From: Amoebophrya sp. A120
Lineage: Eukaryota > Protista > Dinoflagellata
Direction of reading: 5' to 3'
Length of the DNA: 64,000 bases
Assembly (NCBI GenBank): GCA_905178155.1
Contig: CAJINV010000019.1
Location: 1,162,913-1,226,912, forward strand
The notes beneath the pieces are model-generated. The model worked only from the letters and a program-made list of their open reading frames with translations, searched no databases and was not told where the DNA came from. The number at the start of each line of letters is the position of its first letter. Position 1 is the first letter of the stretch. Shown in pieces: positions 62,501-64,000 of this stretch. The position numbers and the translations under genes are program-made.

Positions 62501-64000
62501 GAGGTGGAGGTGCAACGGGAACAAATCAAAGAAATGCAAGTCAGAAAAACATCAACGCGGCTTTTTTGTACAACAACAATAGTCGGGGCAATTCGAAAAA
62601 CAGCGGTCCTCTCGGCATGATCCCGTCCAAAACCAGCTCCGCTGGCACAGCGCGCACGACGTACAGCAGGTCTCACAGCAGCGTGGTTCTCGCGCCGTCA
62701 TTCTCCCCCAACGCGGGGCGGACCAAGGACGTCGCGGTGGAGCGGGAGATCGGGAGTCTGTTTCATCCAGCGCCGAGGGCTCCATCAGCGGAGCAGGAGG
62801 AGCAGGGTCTCGTCGTCGCTCCAGCTAATAAACTGGCACGACCTGCTTTGAAGACAGCAGAAGGCAAAAATAAGACCACGGCCGAAGTAGCGGCGTCCGC
62901 GGGTCGTGTCCCTCCAGAACGGAAGACTCTTCCGCAGAGAAAAGCGAAGCAACAGGCGAAGTTGAAACAGGAAACTTTGTTGCCGCCGGAAGATGAGGAA
63001 GAAGATTCAGATTCAGATTTCGACGCAGAAGAACCAGCGGAGCGAGACGACTCTGAAGACAGTAGCAGCGAGGGGAATGAGGAAAATAGCAGTAGCGAAG
63101 AAGATGACAGCAGCAGTAACAACAGCCAAAGCAGCGAGAAGGAGGAGGTCGGGGAAAGACGGCCGCAAGGAGAAGGAGCAGGAAGTAGTAGTAGACAAAT
63201 AATAAAACAAGAGCCAAAAAATCCAGTGCTTGTCCCAGAGCAGGCCGGGCTGACGGAAGGGCAAAAGTTAAAACTTCCGATCGGCAGTGCGGTTAGTAGC
63301 AAGAATAATGAGCCGAACACGAAGAAAACCGGGTCCTCTCGTGGTCCACCAGATATGAAGAATCTACTCTTAGGTCCCCGGGTACCGATAGAACCCGGGC
63401 GCACGATGTCCATTGCAACGCTGCTGCGGGCGAAAACCTTTTTCAGGAAAAGGAAGAGCACTGGAAGTAGTGTCTTGTCGAGCCGAAGGCGGAGGGAAAC
63501 GAATGAGAAAGGGAACAATTGTAAAGAGGGATCAAATATTAAACAAGCGCGTGATGAAGTACAAGATGACATCAAGGCGAGGACCACCGACAAACCAGAA
63601 GCAAAGATGATGACATCCTCAAACGCAAAACCGGCCACAGCATCGCGAAACCAACCGACGACCAGTCGGAGTCTTGAACAAAACCCAGCGGGCGGGGGTA
63701 AGAAATCTTCCACGTCTTTGCTGCTACTGCAACCCCCAGGAACTTCTACTGTTGTAGCTGGTGGCGGTCCAAATGCAAATGCTACCGGTAAGAGTCAGAC
63801 TTCATCATCCCTCCCCACCATCCATTATGAGCTGCGTTGGCCGAAACTTTTGGGAATCGAGGACCAGTTTCTGGATGACACGGCGATACCACACGCGGAA
63901 GTTATAAACACGATGACGAGTGACGAGCAAATTTCTTCAGCTTCATCCGGGATGGAAAACAACAACAGTAGTAGTTTTGGTAATTTGAATTTCGTTTTCG
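56584..64000 (+). CDS. Large PHD-finger protein with an ankyrin-like repeat and acidic low-complexity regions; 9 introners; runs off the window
   Basis: Splicing rebuilds the PHD HCTQCGKEGGELIFCDGRNCTRSFHLPC..WLCPYC and GITPLGAVL..LEIAKILFANG; frame is kept across all 9 elements. Confidence 0.75.
57785..57929. mobile_element. Introner family I
   Basis: TIRs; TSD caagt. Confidence 0.9.
57997..58258. mobile_element. Introner family A, splits the PHD finger
   Basis: TIRs; TSD aggag. Confidence 0.9.
58547..59242. mobile_element. Introner family E expanded by a minisatellite (696 bp)
   Basis: Degenerate TIRs; flanks gtcgt/gtcct; frame restored (..KASCLVVQNCF..). Confidence 0.75.
58660..59107. 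repeat. ~26-bp minisatellite (GCGAACGACTTAAGCGTATGTAGTTC) inside an introner
   Basis: About 17 degenerate head-to-tail units. Confidence 0.9.
59318..59593. mobile_element. Introner family G with F-like right terminus
   Basis: TSD gatga. Confidence 0.85.
59641..59893. mobile_element. Introner family D
   Basis: TIRs; TSD aggtt. Confidence 0.9.
59941..60206. mobile_element. Introner family A
   Basis: TIRs; TSD ggcat. Confidence 0.9.
60805..61066. mobile_element. Introner family A
   Basis: TIRs; TSD gcagc. Confidence 0.9.
61780..62038. mobile_element. Introner family A
   Basis: TIRs; TSD gcagc. Confidence 0.9.
62082..62404. mobile_element. Introner family F
   Basis: TIRs; TSD ttgag. Confidence 0.9.

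Noticed and set aside
62763-63713. 316-aa minus-strand ORF
   Set aside because: Antisense shadow of the plus-strand PHD-protein exon that runs off the window.

Overview
Eukaryotic genomic DNA. By inference from the intron architecture it is most likely from the parasitic dinoflagellate Amoebophrya (Syndiniales). About 14 protein-coding genes can be rebuilt by hand: a giant TraB/GumN-domain protein, a CAMK/CDPK-type kinase, DUF1475-like, J-motif+kelch, CFAP410, PEX11, a GH71/GH99-like glycosidase, a PHD-finger protein and hypotheticals. The dominant feature is 50 non-canonical 'introner' introns in 10 terminal-sequence families (my labels A-J; mostly 143-337 bp). Each has terminal inverted repeats running TA(T)...(A)TA, is flanked by a 5-bp direct repeat (37 perfect, 13 degenerate) and shares an internal TGT[CGA]ATGC/GCAT[GCT]ACA motif. 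Removing the element plus one 5-bp repeat restores the reading frame wherever I checked. Only 3 of 50 can be read as GT-AG, and copies of one subfamily sit in both orientations relative to transcription. Two introners carry cargo: a 3.4-kb copy with a nested degenerate ORF and a 0.7-kb copy with a 26-bp minisatellite. Most short ORFs in the supplied track are artefacts of these repeats. Larger TIR-bounded non-coding elements lie at 22365-23076 and about 47885-53426. I could not recognise a transposase.
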